From: an uncultured Acidimicrobiia bacterium
Lineage (GTDB): Bacteria > Acidobacteriota > Terriglobia > Versatilivoradales > Versatilivoraceae
Length of the DNA stretch: 64,000 nucleotides
Assembly: GCA_963752385.1 (NCBI GenBank)
Contig: CAVVYL010000010.1
Coordinates: 41,285-105,284 of the forward strand
Reading direction: 5' to 3'
The notes beneath the pieces were generated by a model. That model was given only the letters and a program-made list of their open reading frames with translations, was not told the DNA's origin and searched no databases. Each line of letters starts with the position of its first letter. Positions within the stretch are counted from its first letter, which is position 1. Made by a program: the position numbers and the translations under genes. Below, piece after piece: positions 1 to 10,508 of the stretch.

Positions 1-144
1 ATCGTATTCCGGCTCCTCATCGACGGGAACTTTCTCCACTTGACCCTGCCAGGGCCGCTGTGTGCGGTGCGGTGAGACAAGAATCCACTCTCCTGTGAGC
101 GGGTTAAAGCGACGGTGGGGGTGCTCTTTCAGGTTGAAAGTCAC
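1..144 (-). CDS. galT: galactose-1-phosphate uridylyltransferase, N-terminal part (runs off window)
   Basis: Hand translation of the minus strand from GTG at 144 gives [48 protein letters not shown]. The HRRxNPLTGEWxLVSPHRxxRPWQG block is the conserved GalT N-terminus. It starts 11 nt downstream of the galE stop, completing galK-galE-galT. Confidence 0.75.
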   Translation of the reverse strand, partial: MTFNLKEHPHRRFNPLTGEWILVSPHRTQRPWQGQVEKVPVDEEPEYD

Positions 145-155
145 AGGAACAGCCC

Positions 156-1145
156 TCAGCTCATCTCGTCATATCCCATTGGATGCTTGCGGTGCCACTC
201 CCAGGCACTGGCGACAATGCTTTCCAAATCGCTGAACTTGGGCTGCCACCCCAGCTCTCGCCGAATCTTCTCCGAACTGGCAACCAGTGTCGCGGGATCC
301 CCAGGGCGGCGCGGAGACTCCACTGCTGGAATCGGATGCCCGGTTACGCGGCGGGCAACATCGATAACCTTTCGCACACTGAACCCGCGGCCATTGCCGA
401 GATTGTAGACAAGCCTTCCTTGATGCCCTAGGGCGTCCAGAGCCAGCAGATGTGCGGAGGCCAAGTCGGACACATGGATATAGTCGCGGATACAGGTCCC
501 ATCGGGAGTCGGGTAATCTGTTCCGTAAATGGCAATTGATTTGCGCTGTCCTAGAGCCACTCTGAGAACCAGTGGAATCAGGTGAGACTCCGGTTGATGA
601 TCTTCGCCGAGATCGGGGTCGGCAGCCCCGGCGGCGTTGAAATAGCGCAAGCTGGCATAGCGCAGTCCCCGCGCCTTTTGGAACCACTCAAGCACGCGTT
701 CCACCAAATATTTCGACTCACCATAAGCACTTTCAGGCTTGAGCTGGTCTGTCTCCTCGATTGGCGTGCGGTCTGGGTTACCGTAAAGTGCCGCGGTCGA
801 GGAGAAGACGAAGCGATTCACTCGATTTTCCAGCATCACTTCAAGGAGAGTCAGGGTGCCGGTGGTGTTGTTGCGGAAATAGCGCTCCGGGACTTCCATG
901 GACTCGCCAGCCTCAATCAAGGCTGCAAAGTGCATGACCGCATCAATAGTCTGTCTGTGGAAGATCGTTTCTAAAGTGGCGCGATCCCCAACATCGCCCA
1001 CACACAGTTCAGCCCCTTCGGGCAAAGCTTGGCGATGGCCTTTTCTCAGGTTGTCGTAAGCAATGACCTGATGTCCAGCCTGGACTAGCTCTCGTGCCAC
1101 CACACTGCCGATGTAGCCCGCCCCACCCGTGACGAGAATTCTCAC
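156..1145 (-). CDS. galE: UDP-glucose 4-epimerase
   Basis: 329-aa ORF with N-terminal Rossmann motif [10 protein letters not shown] and catalytic YxxxK (SAYGESKYL). Full-length GalE-like sequence. ATGA overlap with galK. Confidence 0.93.
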   Translation of the reverse strand: MRILVTGGAGYIGSVVARELVQAGHQVIAYDNLRKGHRQALPEGAELCVGDVGDRATLETIFHRQTIDAVMHFAALIEAGESMEVPERYFRNNTTGTLTLLEVMLENRVNRFVFSSTAALYGNPDRTPIEETDQLKPESAYGESKYLVERVLEWFQKARGLRYASLRYFNAAGAADPDLGEDHQPESHLIPLVLRVALGQRKSIAIYGTDYPTPDGTCIRDYIHVSDLASAHLLALDALGHQGRLVYNLGNGRGFSVRKVIDVARRVTGHPIPAVESPRRPGDPATLVASSEKIRRELGWQPKFSDLESIVASAWEWHRKHPMGYDEMS

Positions 1146-2302
1146 GATTCAAAAGCCTCCCCCACTCCTTGCGCTGCCTCGCAAGTGTAAATCTCCGGTA
1201 CGAGCCCAGTGGCTTGCTTGTAACCGAGGGTAACCTGGTTGCGGAACTCTTCGACATGATTCGACCGTACCAGGTTCACGGTGCACCCACCAAAACCGCC
1301 ACCGGTCATGCGCGCGCCATAAACACCCTCAACACCAAGAGCAACATCGACCATTCTGTCGAGTTCCTGACAACTCACTTCGAAATCTTCTCGCAGGCTG
1401 CGATGCGACTCTTGCATGAGTTGGCCAAACCGCGTTAGATCGCCAAGCTCGAGAGCCCGGGCAGCATCCTGGACACGCCGATTCTCAGTCACGACGTGCT
1501 TCGCTCGCCGATAGATGGTTGCAGCCAGTTCGCTTCCGCAACTCTCTAACTCCTCGAGCGAGACGTCTCGCAACGCCCGGATTCCCCGCAGGGAGCGCCG
1601 CAAGCTTTTCAACGCCTCTTCACACTCAGCCCGCCGGAGATTGTACTCACTACTGGCCAGATCGTGTTTGACCAGCGTATTGCATATGACCAGCCGAACA
1701 CTTCCTCCCAGCGGCAGCAAGCGATAGGAAAGCGAGCGGCAATCCAGCATCAACGCGTGGCCGACATGCCCATGACAGGAAATAAACTGGTCCATGATGC
1801 CGCACCGAGTTCCAACAAACTCGTTTTCTGCTCGCTGGCATTCCTGGGCGAGGTTGCTCCGATCGACGCCGATATTGGAATTGTCCAACAAAGCCTGCCC
1901 CGCAGCCACTTCAATCGCGGCCGAGGAACCGAGGCCGGCGCCCATGGGAACCTCACCCTGAATTAGCAGATTGGCTCCCCTTAGCCGATGTCCCGTCTTT
2001 TCCATTGTCACCGCCACGCCACGAACGTAGTCACTCCAATGGCCGAGCGCCGCCGGCAGAGGATCATCCAAGTCAAACTCACGACTCTCCCCAAAATTTT
2101 CGGAGTGCATGAGTAGCCTGCGATCGCGGCGCGGCGCGACAGCCACCCAGGTATAGAATCCGATGGCGGCGGGCATGACAAAGCCGTCGTTGTAGTCAGT
2201 ATGCTCACCAATCAGATTCACTCGACCGGGCGCGCTGTAGACGCGAGGCGCGGCGCCATACAACTCGTGAAATTTCTCTTTCAGCCCTCTCACTGGGTTC
2301 AT
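1142..2302 (-). CDS. galK: galactokinase
   Basis: 386-aa ORF with the galactokinase signature GRVNLIGEHTDYNDG and the GHMP kinase motif PMGAGLGSSAA. Confidence 0.93.
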   Translation of the reverse strand: MNPVRGLKEKFHELYGAAPRVYSAPGRVNLIGEHTDYNDGFVMPAAIGFYTWVAVAPRRDRRLLMHSENFGESREFDLDDPLPAALGHWSDYVRGVAVTMEKTGHRLRGANLLIQGEVPMGAGLGSSAAIEVAAGQALLDNSNIGVDRSNLAQECQRAENEFVGTRCGIMDQFISCHGHVGHALMLDCRSLSYRLLPLGGSVRLVICNTLVKHDLASSEYNLRRAECEEALKSLRRSLRGIRALRDVSLEELESCGSELAATIYRRAKHVVTENRRVQDAARALELGDLTRFGQLMQESHRSLREDFEVSCQELDRMVDVALGVEGVYGARMTGGGFGGCTVNLVRSNHVEEFRNQVTLGYKQATGLVPEIYTCEAAQGVGEAFES

Positions 2303-2513
2303 TAAGTTCGGTTGGAAACCAGCGCTGAAGCGCGAAGCTACTTTCGCACGATTCTCCCGGCTGGCTTAGGTTGATTCTCTTCGCTCTACCCGGGCTTCTC
2401 CCGCCGAGGGTTTCATTGCTCTCAGCGGAAAGGAATTTTGATTTTGCATTGAATCCCTGGCTACTCATTTGTTGCCGCATGCCGTGACTAGGCAGCTTGC
2501 AGAGCGCCTATAA

Positions 2514-2861
2514 CTACTCGCGCTTCCTGGGCCGACCCAACCACAACATCCATAGACCGAAGGCCAAGATGAACATTCCCCACCAGAGGTTGATGTTGAT
2601 ATTCAGCGACCGCTGGTAGATTGCCTCGTCGGCGAACAAGCCGTAACCTGTCAGCAACACTCCCAAAATCGAAAACATCAGACCAATAGGAAGGCGAATG
2701 TCCAGACCCACAGTTCCTCCAGTTGGCAGTTGCCACCTGCCGGTCACCAGCTGGTCCTGGTTGACAGAATATCTTCCGCGTAGTTTGACAAGAGAGTTGA
2801 TGCTAGCCAGAAACCCACCAACCGGCACTAGCAGTGACAGCCGGCATGAGGCCACTGCCAA
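2514..2861 (-). CDS. small hydrophobic membrane protein of unknown function
   Basis: 115-aa ORF whose ATG lies 4 nt after the symporter stop, which suggests translational coupling. The C-terminal half has two clear hydrophobic segments (IGLMFSILGVLLTGYGLF, LWWGMFILAFGLWMLWLG). I recognise no family, and the true start may be internal. Confidence 0.4.
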   Translation of the reverse strand: MAVASCRLSLLVPVGGFLASINSLVKLRGRYSVNQDQLVTGRWQLPTGGTVGLDIRLPIGLMFSILGVLLTGYGLFADEAIYQRSLNININLWWGMFILAFGLWMLWLGRPRKRE

Positions 2862-2864
2862 GAA

Positions 2865-4577
2865 TCACCAAAAAACAATATTCAGCACGAGCGTCAACCC
2901 CAGCACCACGACACCGAGTATTGCCGGGCGCTTGTACCAATCCAAACGATCTTCCTTGGGACGTTCCGTCAGAGAATAGACCAATCCTACCAATTCACGG
3001 TCCTCTCGCGGCGTGGTCAGCAGGCTGATCAGAATCGTCACAGTGAAACAAGTCGTCCAGGCATAAATGGCAGTCCAGAAATTCTGCGCCATCTCGCTGG
3101 GATAACTGTGTGTCACGGCGATCCAGCCGCCTTTCACCCCAGACACTGCCTGCCGAGGCAGGGTGAGGCCATGATGAACGGCGGCCCCCAGGGTCCCCGC
3201 CAGCAATCCGGTGAAGGCCCCGTGGCCAGTGGCGCGCTTCCAGAACATGCCCAACAGAAACGTTCCAAACAGCGGCGCGTTTACAAAGGCAAACACCAGC
3301 TGGAGCATGTCCATGATGTTGTTAAACCGAGTCGCCACATAAGCTGCGGCCACCGAGATGGCGATGCCGAAGACGGTAGCAGCGCGGCCCATCCAGAGAT
3401 AATGCTCATCACTGGCCTTGCGCTTGATGTACGACTGGTAGATATCGTAAGTCCACACGGTGTTAAACGCCGTCACATTACCAGCCATGCCTGACATGAA
3501 CGAAGCCATCAGGGCCGCCAGTCCGATGCCCAGCATCCCGGAGGGGAAATAGTGCCCCAACATCATCGGGATGGCCAAGTCGTAATTGAACGTGCCATCC
3601 GGTTTCTTCGGGAGAGCGAAGCCGCTGACGCCTGTCTGGTACGTAAGGGCGATGGCGATCATTCCAGGCAAAATGACCAGGAACGGAAAGAACATTTTGG
3701 GAACAGCCGCAATCAATGGTGTGCGTCGGGCGGCCGACATCGAGTTGGCAGCCATGGCACGCTGTACGACGAGAAAGTCTGTGCACCAATAGCCAAATGA
3801 AAGCACAAACCCAAGCCCCATCACCATTCCAAACCACTCAACGCCCATGGGGTTGGCGGACGGGCTGGTCATGAAATGCCAGGAGTGAGTCCAGGCGCCT
3901 GCTTCGAAGCCCTGAGTGGTGGCTGTGATGCCCAGCCTCTGCTCGAGCCCGCCCCAACCGCCCGCATCCTTGAGCCCCAGGAACACGAGTGGAATGAAGC
4001 CCAACACAATCAGGAAGAACTGCAGCACTTCGTTGTAAATCGCCGATGTCAGGCCTCCCAGAAAAATATAGACTAAGACGATCACGGCCGAAACAAGCAC
4101 GCTAAAGTTGAAGTCCCAGCCCAGCAACGTTCCCAGGAGCAGTCCCATGGCATACATCGAGATACCCGAAGAAAAGACGGTCATAGTGGCAAACGTGATG
4201 GCGTTAAAGCCGCGTGTCTTCTCGTCGAAGCGCAGCTTCAAATACTCCGGCACCGAGCGTGCCCGGGAACCGTAATAGAACGGCATCATGAAAATGCCAA
4301 CGAAGACCATCGCCGGAATGGCTCCCACCCAGTAGAAATGACTGGTGGCAATTCCGTATTTCGCGCCCGAGGCTCCCATGCCAATCACTTCCTGTGCACC
4401 GAGGTTTGCCGAGATGAATGCCAAACCGGCAATCCAGGCGGGAATGGAGTGACCAGAAAGAAAGAAATCAGTGCTGGTCTTCATGTAGCGCTTCAGTGCG
4501 AAGCCAATCCCCAGGACGAAAGCGAAATAGATGATCAGGATCGCATAGTCAATGAAGCCAAGGTGCATACCAGTCAT
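2865..4577 (-). CDS. sodium:solute symporter family transporter (SGLT-like Na+/sugar cotransporter)
   Basis: 570-aa polytopic ORF with typical SSF/SGLT sequence (FFLSGHSIPAWIAGLAFISANLGAQEVIGMGASG..., C-terminal TM ending ...VLNIVFW). It lies directly upstream of and co-oriented with galK-galE-galT. Confidence 0.9.
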   Translation of the reverse strand: MTGMHLGFIDYAILIIYFAFVLGIGFALKRYMKTSTDFFLSGHSIPAWIAGLAFISANLGAQEVIGMGASGAKYGIATSHFYWVGAIPAMVFVGIFMMPFYYGSRARSVPEYLKLRFDEKTRGFNAITFATMTVFSSGISMYAMGLLLGTLLGWDFNFSVLVSAVIVLVYIFLGGLTSAIYNEVLQFFLIVLGFIPLVFLGLKDAGGWGGLEQRLGITATTQGFEAGAWTHSWHFMTSPSANPMGVEWFGMVMGLGFVLSFGYWCTDFLVVQRAMAANSMSAARRTPLIAAVPKMFFPFLVILPGMIAIALTYQTGVSGFALPKKPDGTFNYDLAIPMMLGHYFPSGMLGIGLAALMASFMSGMAGNVTAFNTVWTYDIYQSYIKRKASDEHYLWMGRAATVFGIAISVAAAYVATRFNNIMDMLQLVFAFVNAPLFGTFLLGMFWKRATGHGAFTGLLAGTLGAAVHHGLTLPRQAVSGVKGGWIAVTHSYPSEMAQNFWTAIYAWTTCFTVTILISLLTTPREDRELVGLVYSLTERPKEDRLDWYKRPAILGVVVLGLTLVLNIVFW

Positions 4578-4936
4578 TGTGCATCTCCTGGAACCCGATC
4601 TGAATGGAGCTTAGGACAACCTGCAACTTTCCGGCGGTGGAAGGGAATGTTTCACAGCTCTCCTCTGTCCCGCAAGATAAATGTCGGACCCAGCAAGCTC
4701 CGTATGCCAATTGATGGCAATCAAGTTCACAATGCGGTTAAGTGTCCGCTCCCATTGACGCCGTCAGTGGAGGCTCCCGACGCCATTCGGGGAACCGCAT
4801 TTCAATTGTCAAGTCCGCTGAACCTGTGTTTTCATAGCCGCATGATATGATGTTGCTCACTTCGTCAGTGCCCTCGTCACTCTCACTCTGAGGTTCCCTG
4901 AGACCCGTCTCTCCAAAATAAGGAAGGATTCCGGAC

Positions 4937-7729
4937 ATGAGGAAAATGGATCAAACCCTCAAAGCGGCAGTTCTCATCATTCTTTTCTTGTGGAGTAACT
5001 CAGTAGTGGCATGGAGTGCTCAGGCTCCGGCTGCAGCGACTCTGCCGGCAATTGACATTCCCTACCAGAGGTTCGTTTTGCCCAACGGTTTGACTCTGAT
5101 TGTGCATGAAGATCGCAAGGCACCGATCGTGGCAGTGAACGTTTGGTATCACGTGGGATCGAAGAACGAGAAGCCCCGCAAGAGCGGCTTTGCCCACCTC
5201 TTTGAGCACCTCATGTTCAACGGCAGCGAGAATTTCAACACCGACTACTTTCAGGCCATGGAGCGCATTGGAGCGACAGATCTGAACGGCACTACGAACA
5301 CAGACCGGACAAACTACTTCCAGAACGTTCCGAAATCGGCTCTGGACGTGGCGCTCTGGATGGAGTCGGATCGCATGGGACACCTTCTAGGCGTTGTTGA
5401 TCAAGCCAAGCTGGATGAACAGCGCGGCGTGGTTCAGAACGAAAAGCGCCAGGGAGAAAACCAGCCCTACGGTGTGACTCATGAGCTGATCACTAAGGCC
5501 ACCTATCCGGCTGCGCACCCGTACTCCTGGACCGTGATTGGTTCCATGGAAGATCTGAACGCGGCTTCGCTGGATGACGTCAAAGAATGGTTCAAGACTT
5601 ACTATGGCGCGGCCAACGCGGTGATCGTCATTGCTGGAGACGTCGATGCCCAGACCGCCAAGGACAAAGTTGAGAAGTTCTTTGGAGATATCCCCTCAGG
5701 ACCGCCCGTGGCCCGACACCAGGCTTGGGTTGCGAAACGAACCGGCACCCAGCGGCAGCGCGTCGAAGACCGTGTTCCCCAAGCCCGCCTCTACAAGATT
5801 TGGAACGTGGCCCAGCTTAACTCGGCGGACGCCGACTATCTGAACCTGCTCAGCGACGTCTTCGGCTCGGGCAAGAACTCCCGGCTCTACAAACGTCTTG
5901 TCTACCAGGACCAGATTGCGACAAATGTCTCTTCCTACATCGACGCGCAGGAAATCAGCAGCCAGTTCTACCTCGACGCGACCGCCAGACCTGGCGAGGA
6001 TTTGACCAGGATTGAAAAGGCCGTCGACGAGGAGCTGGCCAAACTTCTGGCAGAAGGTCCCACAGAGCAGGAACTGCAGCGGGTCAAGACCCAGTACATT
6101 GCGGAGTTCGTTCGCGGCATCGAGCGCATTGGCGGCTTCGGCGGCAAGTCAGACATCTTGGCCCAGAATCAGATCTACGCAGGCAGCGCCGACCACTATA
6201 AGGTCACGCTCAAGCGTGTCCGCGAGGCCAAGACCCAAGACTTGCATCGCGTGGCCAAAGAGTGGCTTTCCGATGGAGTCTACGTTCTCGAGGTCCATCC
6301 CTTCTCGCAATACAAGACAATCTCTACGAACGTAGACCGCAAGAAACTACCCGAGCCGGGACCGGCACCAAACGTGAATTTTCCCGATCTCCAGCGCGCC
6401 ACGCTGTCCAATGGACTCAAGGTGGTATTGGCCGAACGTCACGCCGTTCCGCTCGTCAGCTTCAACCTCCTGGTGGACGCGGGATACGCGGCGGACCAGT
6501 TCGCCACCCCGGGCACGGCCAAGTTGGCTATGGCCATGATTGATGAGGGAACCAAGAAGAGGAACGCGCTGCAGATCAGCGAAGAACTGGCGTTGTTGGG
6601 CGCGAACCTGAACAGTGGATCAAACCTGGATATGTCCAGCGTTTCCTTGTCGGCTCTGAAGTCGAACCTGGATGCTTCGCTGGAGATCTATGCCGATGTG
6701 ATTTTGAACCCGTCGTTCCCGGAGGAAGACTTCAAGCGGCTCCAAAAACAGCAGCTCGACGGTATCCAAGCGGAAAAAGTCCAGCCTGTCCAGATGGCCT
6801 TGCGGGTATTTCCCAAGTATCTCTATGGTAAAGATCATGCTTACGGGAATCCGCTGACCGGGTCCGGAATGGAATCCACCGTCTCGAAGTTGACCCGCGC
6901 CGATGTCGAGAAGTTTCACCAGACCTGGTTCAAGGCCAACAACGCCACGCTCGTCGCGGTTGGTGATACGACCTTGAGCGAGATCACAGCCAAGCTGGAA
7001 AAGCTCTTCAAAAGCTGGCAGAAAGGCGAGGTGCCCAGGAAAAACGTCAGCCAGGTCCCCCAGCCGAAGCCGCAGCTCTACCTCATGGATCGTCCAGGGT
7101 CGCTCCAGTCCATTATCCTCGCCGGTCATTTGGCGCCGCCGAAAGCCAACCCGGATGAGATCGCGATTGAAACGGCCAACAATATTCTCGGCGGGACCTT
7201 TACCTCGCGTGTGAACATGAATCTGCGTGAAGACAAACATTGGTCTTATGGAGCGGGCACTTTATTAGTCGGTGCCCGCGGTCAGCGGCCGTTTGTCGCC
7301 TATGCGCCGGTCCAGACCGACAAGACCAAAGAGTCCATTGCAGAGCTGGGCAAGGAGCTTCGCGACGTGCTCGGCAAGCGCCCTGTCACAGACGAGGAGG
7401 CGTCTAAGGCGATTAGCAATCAAACCCTGGAACTGCCCGGTTCATGGGAGACCATCAACGCAGTGGGCGGCTCCATCGGCGATATTGTTCGCTATGGACT
7501 GCCAGACAACTACTACCAGATATATCCGCAGAAACTCCGCGAGTTGAAGACTGGCCAGATTTCCGCGGCTGTCAAGAAGCTCATCGAGCCGGAGCATCTC
7601 GTCTGGGTGATCGTCGGTGACCGATCGAAGATCGAATCGGGCATTCGTGAGCTGGGATTGGGTGAGATCCAACTGATTGACAGCGAAGGGAACCTGGTGC
7701 AGGAAGAGCTGCGAAGGACGGGTGAATAG
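4937..7729 (+). CDS. secreted two-module M16 (pitrilysin/insulinase) family zinc peptidase
   Basis: 930-aa ORF with an N-terminal signal peptide (AAVLIILFLWSNSVVAWSAQA) and the inverted zincin motif HxxEH (FAHLFEHLMFNGSE). A second inactive-type M16 module follows in the C-terminal half. Confidence 0.9.
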   Translation: MRKMDQTLKAAVLIILFLWSNSVVAWSAQAPAAATLPAIDIPYQRFVLPNGLTLIVHEDRKAPIVAVNVWYHVGSKNEKPRKSGFAHLFEHLMFNGSENFNTDYFQAMERIGATDLNGTTNTDRTNYFQNVPKSALDVALWMESDRMGHLLGVVDQAKLDEQRGVVQNEKRQGENQPYGVTHELITKATYPAAHPYSWTVIGSMEDLNAASLDDVKEWFKTYYGAANAVIVIAGDVDAQTAKDKVEKFFGDIPSGPPVARHQAWVAKRTGTQRQRVEDRVPQARLYKIWNVAQLNSADADYLNLLSDVFGSGKNSRLYKRLVYQDQIATNVSSYIDAQEISSQFYLDATARPGEDLTRIEKAVDEELAKLLAEGPTEQELQRVKTQYIAEFVRGIERIGGFGGKSDILAQNQIYAGSADHYKVTLKRVREAKTQDLHRVAKEWLSDGVYVLEVHPFSQYKTISTNVDRKKLPEPGPAPNVNFPDLQRATLSNGLKVVLAERHAVPLVSFNLLVDAGYAADQFATPGTAKLAMAMIDEGTKKRNALQISEELALLGANLNSGSNLDMSSVSLSALKSNLDASLEIYADVILNPSFPEEDFKRLQKQQLDGIQAEKVQPVQMALRVFPKYLYGKDHAYGNPLTGSGMESTVSKLTRADVEKFHQTWFKANNATLVAVGDTTLSEITAKLEKLFKSWQKGEVPRKNVSQVPQPKPQLYLMDRPGSLQSIILAGHLAPPKANPDEIAIETANNILGGTFTSRVNMNLREDKHWSYGAGTLLVGARGQRPFVAYAPVQTDKTKESIAELGKELRDVLGKRPVTDEEASKAISNQTLELPGSWETINAVGGSIGDIVRYGLPDNYYQIYPQKLRELKTGQISAAVKKLIEPEHLVWVIVGDRSKIESGIRELGLGEIQLIDSEGNLVQEELRRTGE

Positions 7730-7767
7730 CTCGATCCTGTGTTTGAGGAGAAAGAAGGCCGCATTCG

Positions 7768-8844
7768 ATGATTCAAGCAATGGTCTCCGCCCTCTTGTTG
7801 ACGCTGCTGCTCCTGACTGAATGCTCCTCGGCCGCCACGATCGAGTGTGTCGCCGGCTGTGGGGCAGGGCCGGAGAACCAAGCCGGAGGCGTGAAGTTTG
7901 TCGAACCCTTTGGTGTGGCCTTCGATGTCAGGGGCAACTGGTATGTCTGCGAACACAAGGGAGAGCGCATCGTCCGAATTGACTCTGCCGGCAATGCTAG
8001 TGTCTTCGCCGGGGCAGGCAAGACCGGCTATTCTGGCGACGGTGGTCCAGCGGCTCAGGCCACGTTCTTCGATCCGCACGGGCTCGTCATCGCCAGGGAT
8101 GAGCAACTGTATGTGGCTGACACCCTCAACCATTGCATTCGAAGAATTGATCTGAAGACAGGGAAAATTGCCAAGTTGGCTGGAACGGGCGAGGCCGGTT
8201 ACTTCGGCGATGGTGGAAGGGCCTTGGAGGCGGCGTTTAACGGAACCTTTGCGATCAGTATCGACGGCAAAGGAAAGGCTGTATATGTGGCCGACCTCAA
8301 CAATCGGCGTATTCGCAGGGTCGACTTGAATTCCGGCATCGTAACCACAGTTGCCGGAAACGGTGAAAAGGGAGTGCCGGAAGACGGGGCTGAGGCTGCT
8401 CGAAATCCGCTGTTTGATCCGCGGGCCGTCGCAGTGGATTCAAAAGGCCTTGTGTATGTTCTCGAAAGAGGCGGCAACGCGCTTCGCGCGGTAGACCAGA
8501 AGGGCAGGATTCGAACACTGATTGGACCGGCAAGCGGCGCTGGAGCCCCCAGTCCGGGTTCAAGGGTAGTGCCCGACCTCAACGGACCAAAGCATCTTTA
8601 CGTCGATGCCAAAGACCAGGTGATCATCGCGGACGCTGAGAACCACCTGGTTCGGCGATACGACCCGAAGACAGGCAAGACGGAGACTGTGGCGGGCACG
8701 GGCGAGAAGGGAGACCTTATCGTTGGAGATGTTCCGCTAAAGACCCAGCTCAATCGTCCTCACGGCGTCTTCGTTCATCAAAGCGGCGCGCTCTATATCT
8801 CCGACAGCTACAATCACCGGATTCTGAAATTGACGGGCTGGTAA
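7768..8844 (+). CDS. NHL-repeat beta-propeller protein (secreted)
   Basis: 358-aa ORF with an N-terminal hydrophobic signal. It has repeated units of the type G.GG.A..A.F..P.G...D....LYVAD..NH.IRRID (about 6 blades). Confidence 0.8.
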   Translation: MIQAMVSALLLTLLLLTECSSAATIECVAGCGAGPENQAGGVKFVEPFGVAFDVRGNWYVCEHKGERIVRIDSAGNASVFAGAGKTGYSGDGGPAAQATFFDPHGLVIARDEQLYVADTLNHCIRRIDLKTGKIAKLAGTGEAGYFGDGGRALEAAFNGTFAISIDGKGKAVYVADLNNRRIRRVDLNSGIVTTVAGNGEKGVPEDGAEAARNPLFDPRAVAVDSKGLVYVLERGGNALRAVDQKGRIRTLIGPASGAGAPSPGSRVVPDLNGPKHLYVDAKDQVIIADAENHLVRRYDPKTGKTETVAGTGEKGDLIVGDVPLKTQLNRPHGVFVHQSGALYISDSYNHRILKLTGW

Positions 8845-9042
8845 GCCAATTGTTTTGTCCCCTGGCAAGATGTTGAAGAAATCTTTAGCTCTCCTCAACG
8901 GGATAGCGGGCGAGGAGGATCTTTGCGCCATGAGCACGCTCCCGCTTCTCGTTGCGTCTGGCGGGCCCTGGGTTGAGGGCAGTGAGAGGCTGGGCACAGT
9001 AGCGATTTTCGAAGCACAGCCAAGGTCGCCCGCAAATTCAGC

Positions 9043-9981
9043 TTATCCCACCTTCTGAACCGCCGGTTCGGTCCGTGTCGCGGCCTCTTCCTTGCTCACA
9101 CGGTCCAGAAACTCGAGAAATAGCCGGGCATATTTGTCCAGAACGTCGACGCTACCTCCATCCAGCAGGGGAGAACACATTTCGTAGGCCACGGCTCCTT
9201 TGAAGCCTCCCGAGGCAAGTGCATTCAGGAATTCACGGTAGTTGATGAAGCCATCCTCAATAGGCACGGCTTGGACATAGGGAACCTGCTCGGAATAATT
9301 CACAAGAGCCGCATTGTATTGGTAACGGGAACGGCGCTGATAATTGGCGACCGTAGTCTGCAAAGTGAGTGGCGCCAGTTTTTGCGCCGCTTGGATCAGG
9401 TTGGCTCCTTGAAGGGCAGGCGCCCAGGCATCAAACATGGCTCTGCAGTTGGGTTCGTTTACCGCATGAATCAAGTCATGCAGGCTTTCGTAGCCCACTG
9501 CGATGTCGTGATGGTTCTGAACTCCAATATTAACGCCAAAGTCGCCGGCGCGGCGAGCGCACTCCTTCAGCGCTTCCACAACCAACTTCCATTGGGCAGG
9601 ATAACTGGAGGCTGGATGTTCGTAGCCCGTGAAGATACGGACGAGATCACCGCCCAGATCGCGCGCTAACCGGGCTAATTCGGTGATGTAGTGAATCTGA
9701 ATCTCGCGATGCGGCACGTCGCCATGCTCGAGATCGGCCGTGAAATTGTTATAGCCGGCGATGCAGACCTTTTGAATCATTTGCTTCTCGAGCTGACTTC
9801 GCAGCTGAGATCGAGCCTTCGCGTTCCAATCCAGAACCGAGAGATGGGGACGCTTGGCCATCAGCATCACGCCTTGGAATCCTAGGCCGGCGGCCTTGTT
9901 GACGAACTGCTCCACCGGCAGTACTGCCTGGCCCCAGGAGCCCGAATAGCTAACCGAATGAAGCATTGGAATAAGGGACAC
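9043..9981 (-). CDS. sugar phosphate isomerase/epimerase (xylose isomerase-like TIM barrel)
   Basis: The ORF track gives 9043..10026. I prefer the GTG at 9981 because AGGAGG (9989-9994) lies 7 nt upstream. The sequence is typical of AP-endonuclease-2/xylose-isomerase-like TIM barrels (NIGVQNHHDIA, FDAWAP, AYEMCSP). Confidence 0.8.
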   Translation of the reverse strand: MSLIPMLHSVSYSGSWGQAVLPVEQFVNKAAGLGFQGVMLMAKRPHLSVLDWNAKARSQLRSQLEKQMIQKVCIAGYNNFTADLEHGDVPHREIQIHYITELARLARDLGGDLVRIFTGYEHPASSYPAQWKLVVEALKECARRAGDFGVNIGVQNHHDIAVGYESLHDLIHAVNEPNCRAMFDAWAPALQGANLIQAAQKLAPLTLQTTVANYQRRSRYQYNAALVNYSEQVPYVQAVPIEDGFINYREFLNALASGGFKGAVAYEMCSPLLDGGSVDVLDKYARLFLEFLDRVSKEEAATRTEPAVQKVG

Positions 9982-10508
9982 GGAGTCACCTCCTAGAGTC
10001 AGCTGCCAACTGGTAGCGACCGGCACTTAGTCGTCGACAATACATCGTCCGCCGACAGCTCCCAAGATCAACCGGCGGATCTCTTGAAATTCGTTGCGCA
10101 CCGACACTCCATCGTGACGAGGTTACCAGGCGCTGGCTGGCAACTGAGAGTTGACGGCTATGCTACTACTGGGTGCGGCGATACGGCAAGCGGCTCTTGA
10201 TTCCAGGATACCTCCAAAATGGATCAGCTTCAGGATCCTTCGCGTCCTTTCTGGATCGTTAGCGATTCAATTTTGTTTTCGAACTGAATTTGGCTAAGCT
10301 CTGCACAGCGTCATGTCAAGAAGTCAGGGTAACCGCGCGTGTCGGGCAAAAGTTCTCCACTCGGCCTGAGTCACCAACGCGAACTCCACCCGCGAGGGAG
10401 ACGAGGATCGAAGATTGATCGAGGAGAACAAGAGTTTCTGCCATCTTCTATCCTCTGTCCTCGACAAACCAGCGCACAAAAAGTTCTTGTTCAGTTCACC
10501 GGCGGGAG

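Noticed and set aside
4711-4724. Inverted repeat ttgat-ggca-atcaa in the divergent symporter/M16 promoter region, as a possible GalR/LacI-type operator
   Set aside because: It has only 5-bp arms and does not match the LacI-family consensus as I remember it. No regulator gene is in the window. It is too weak to call.
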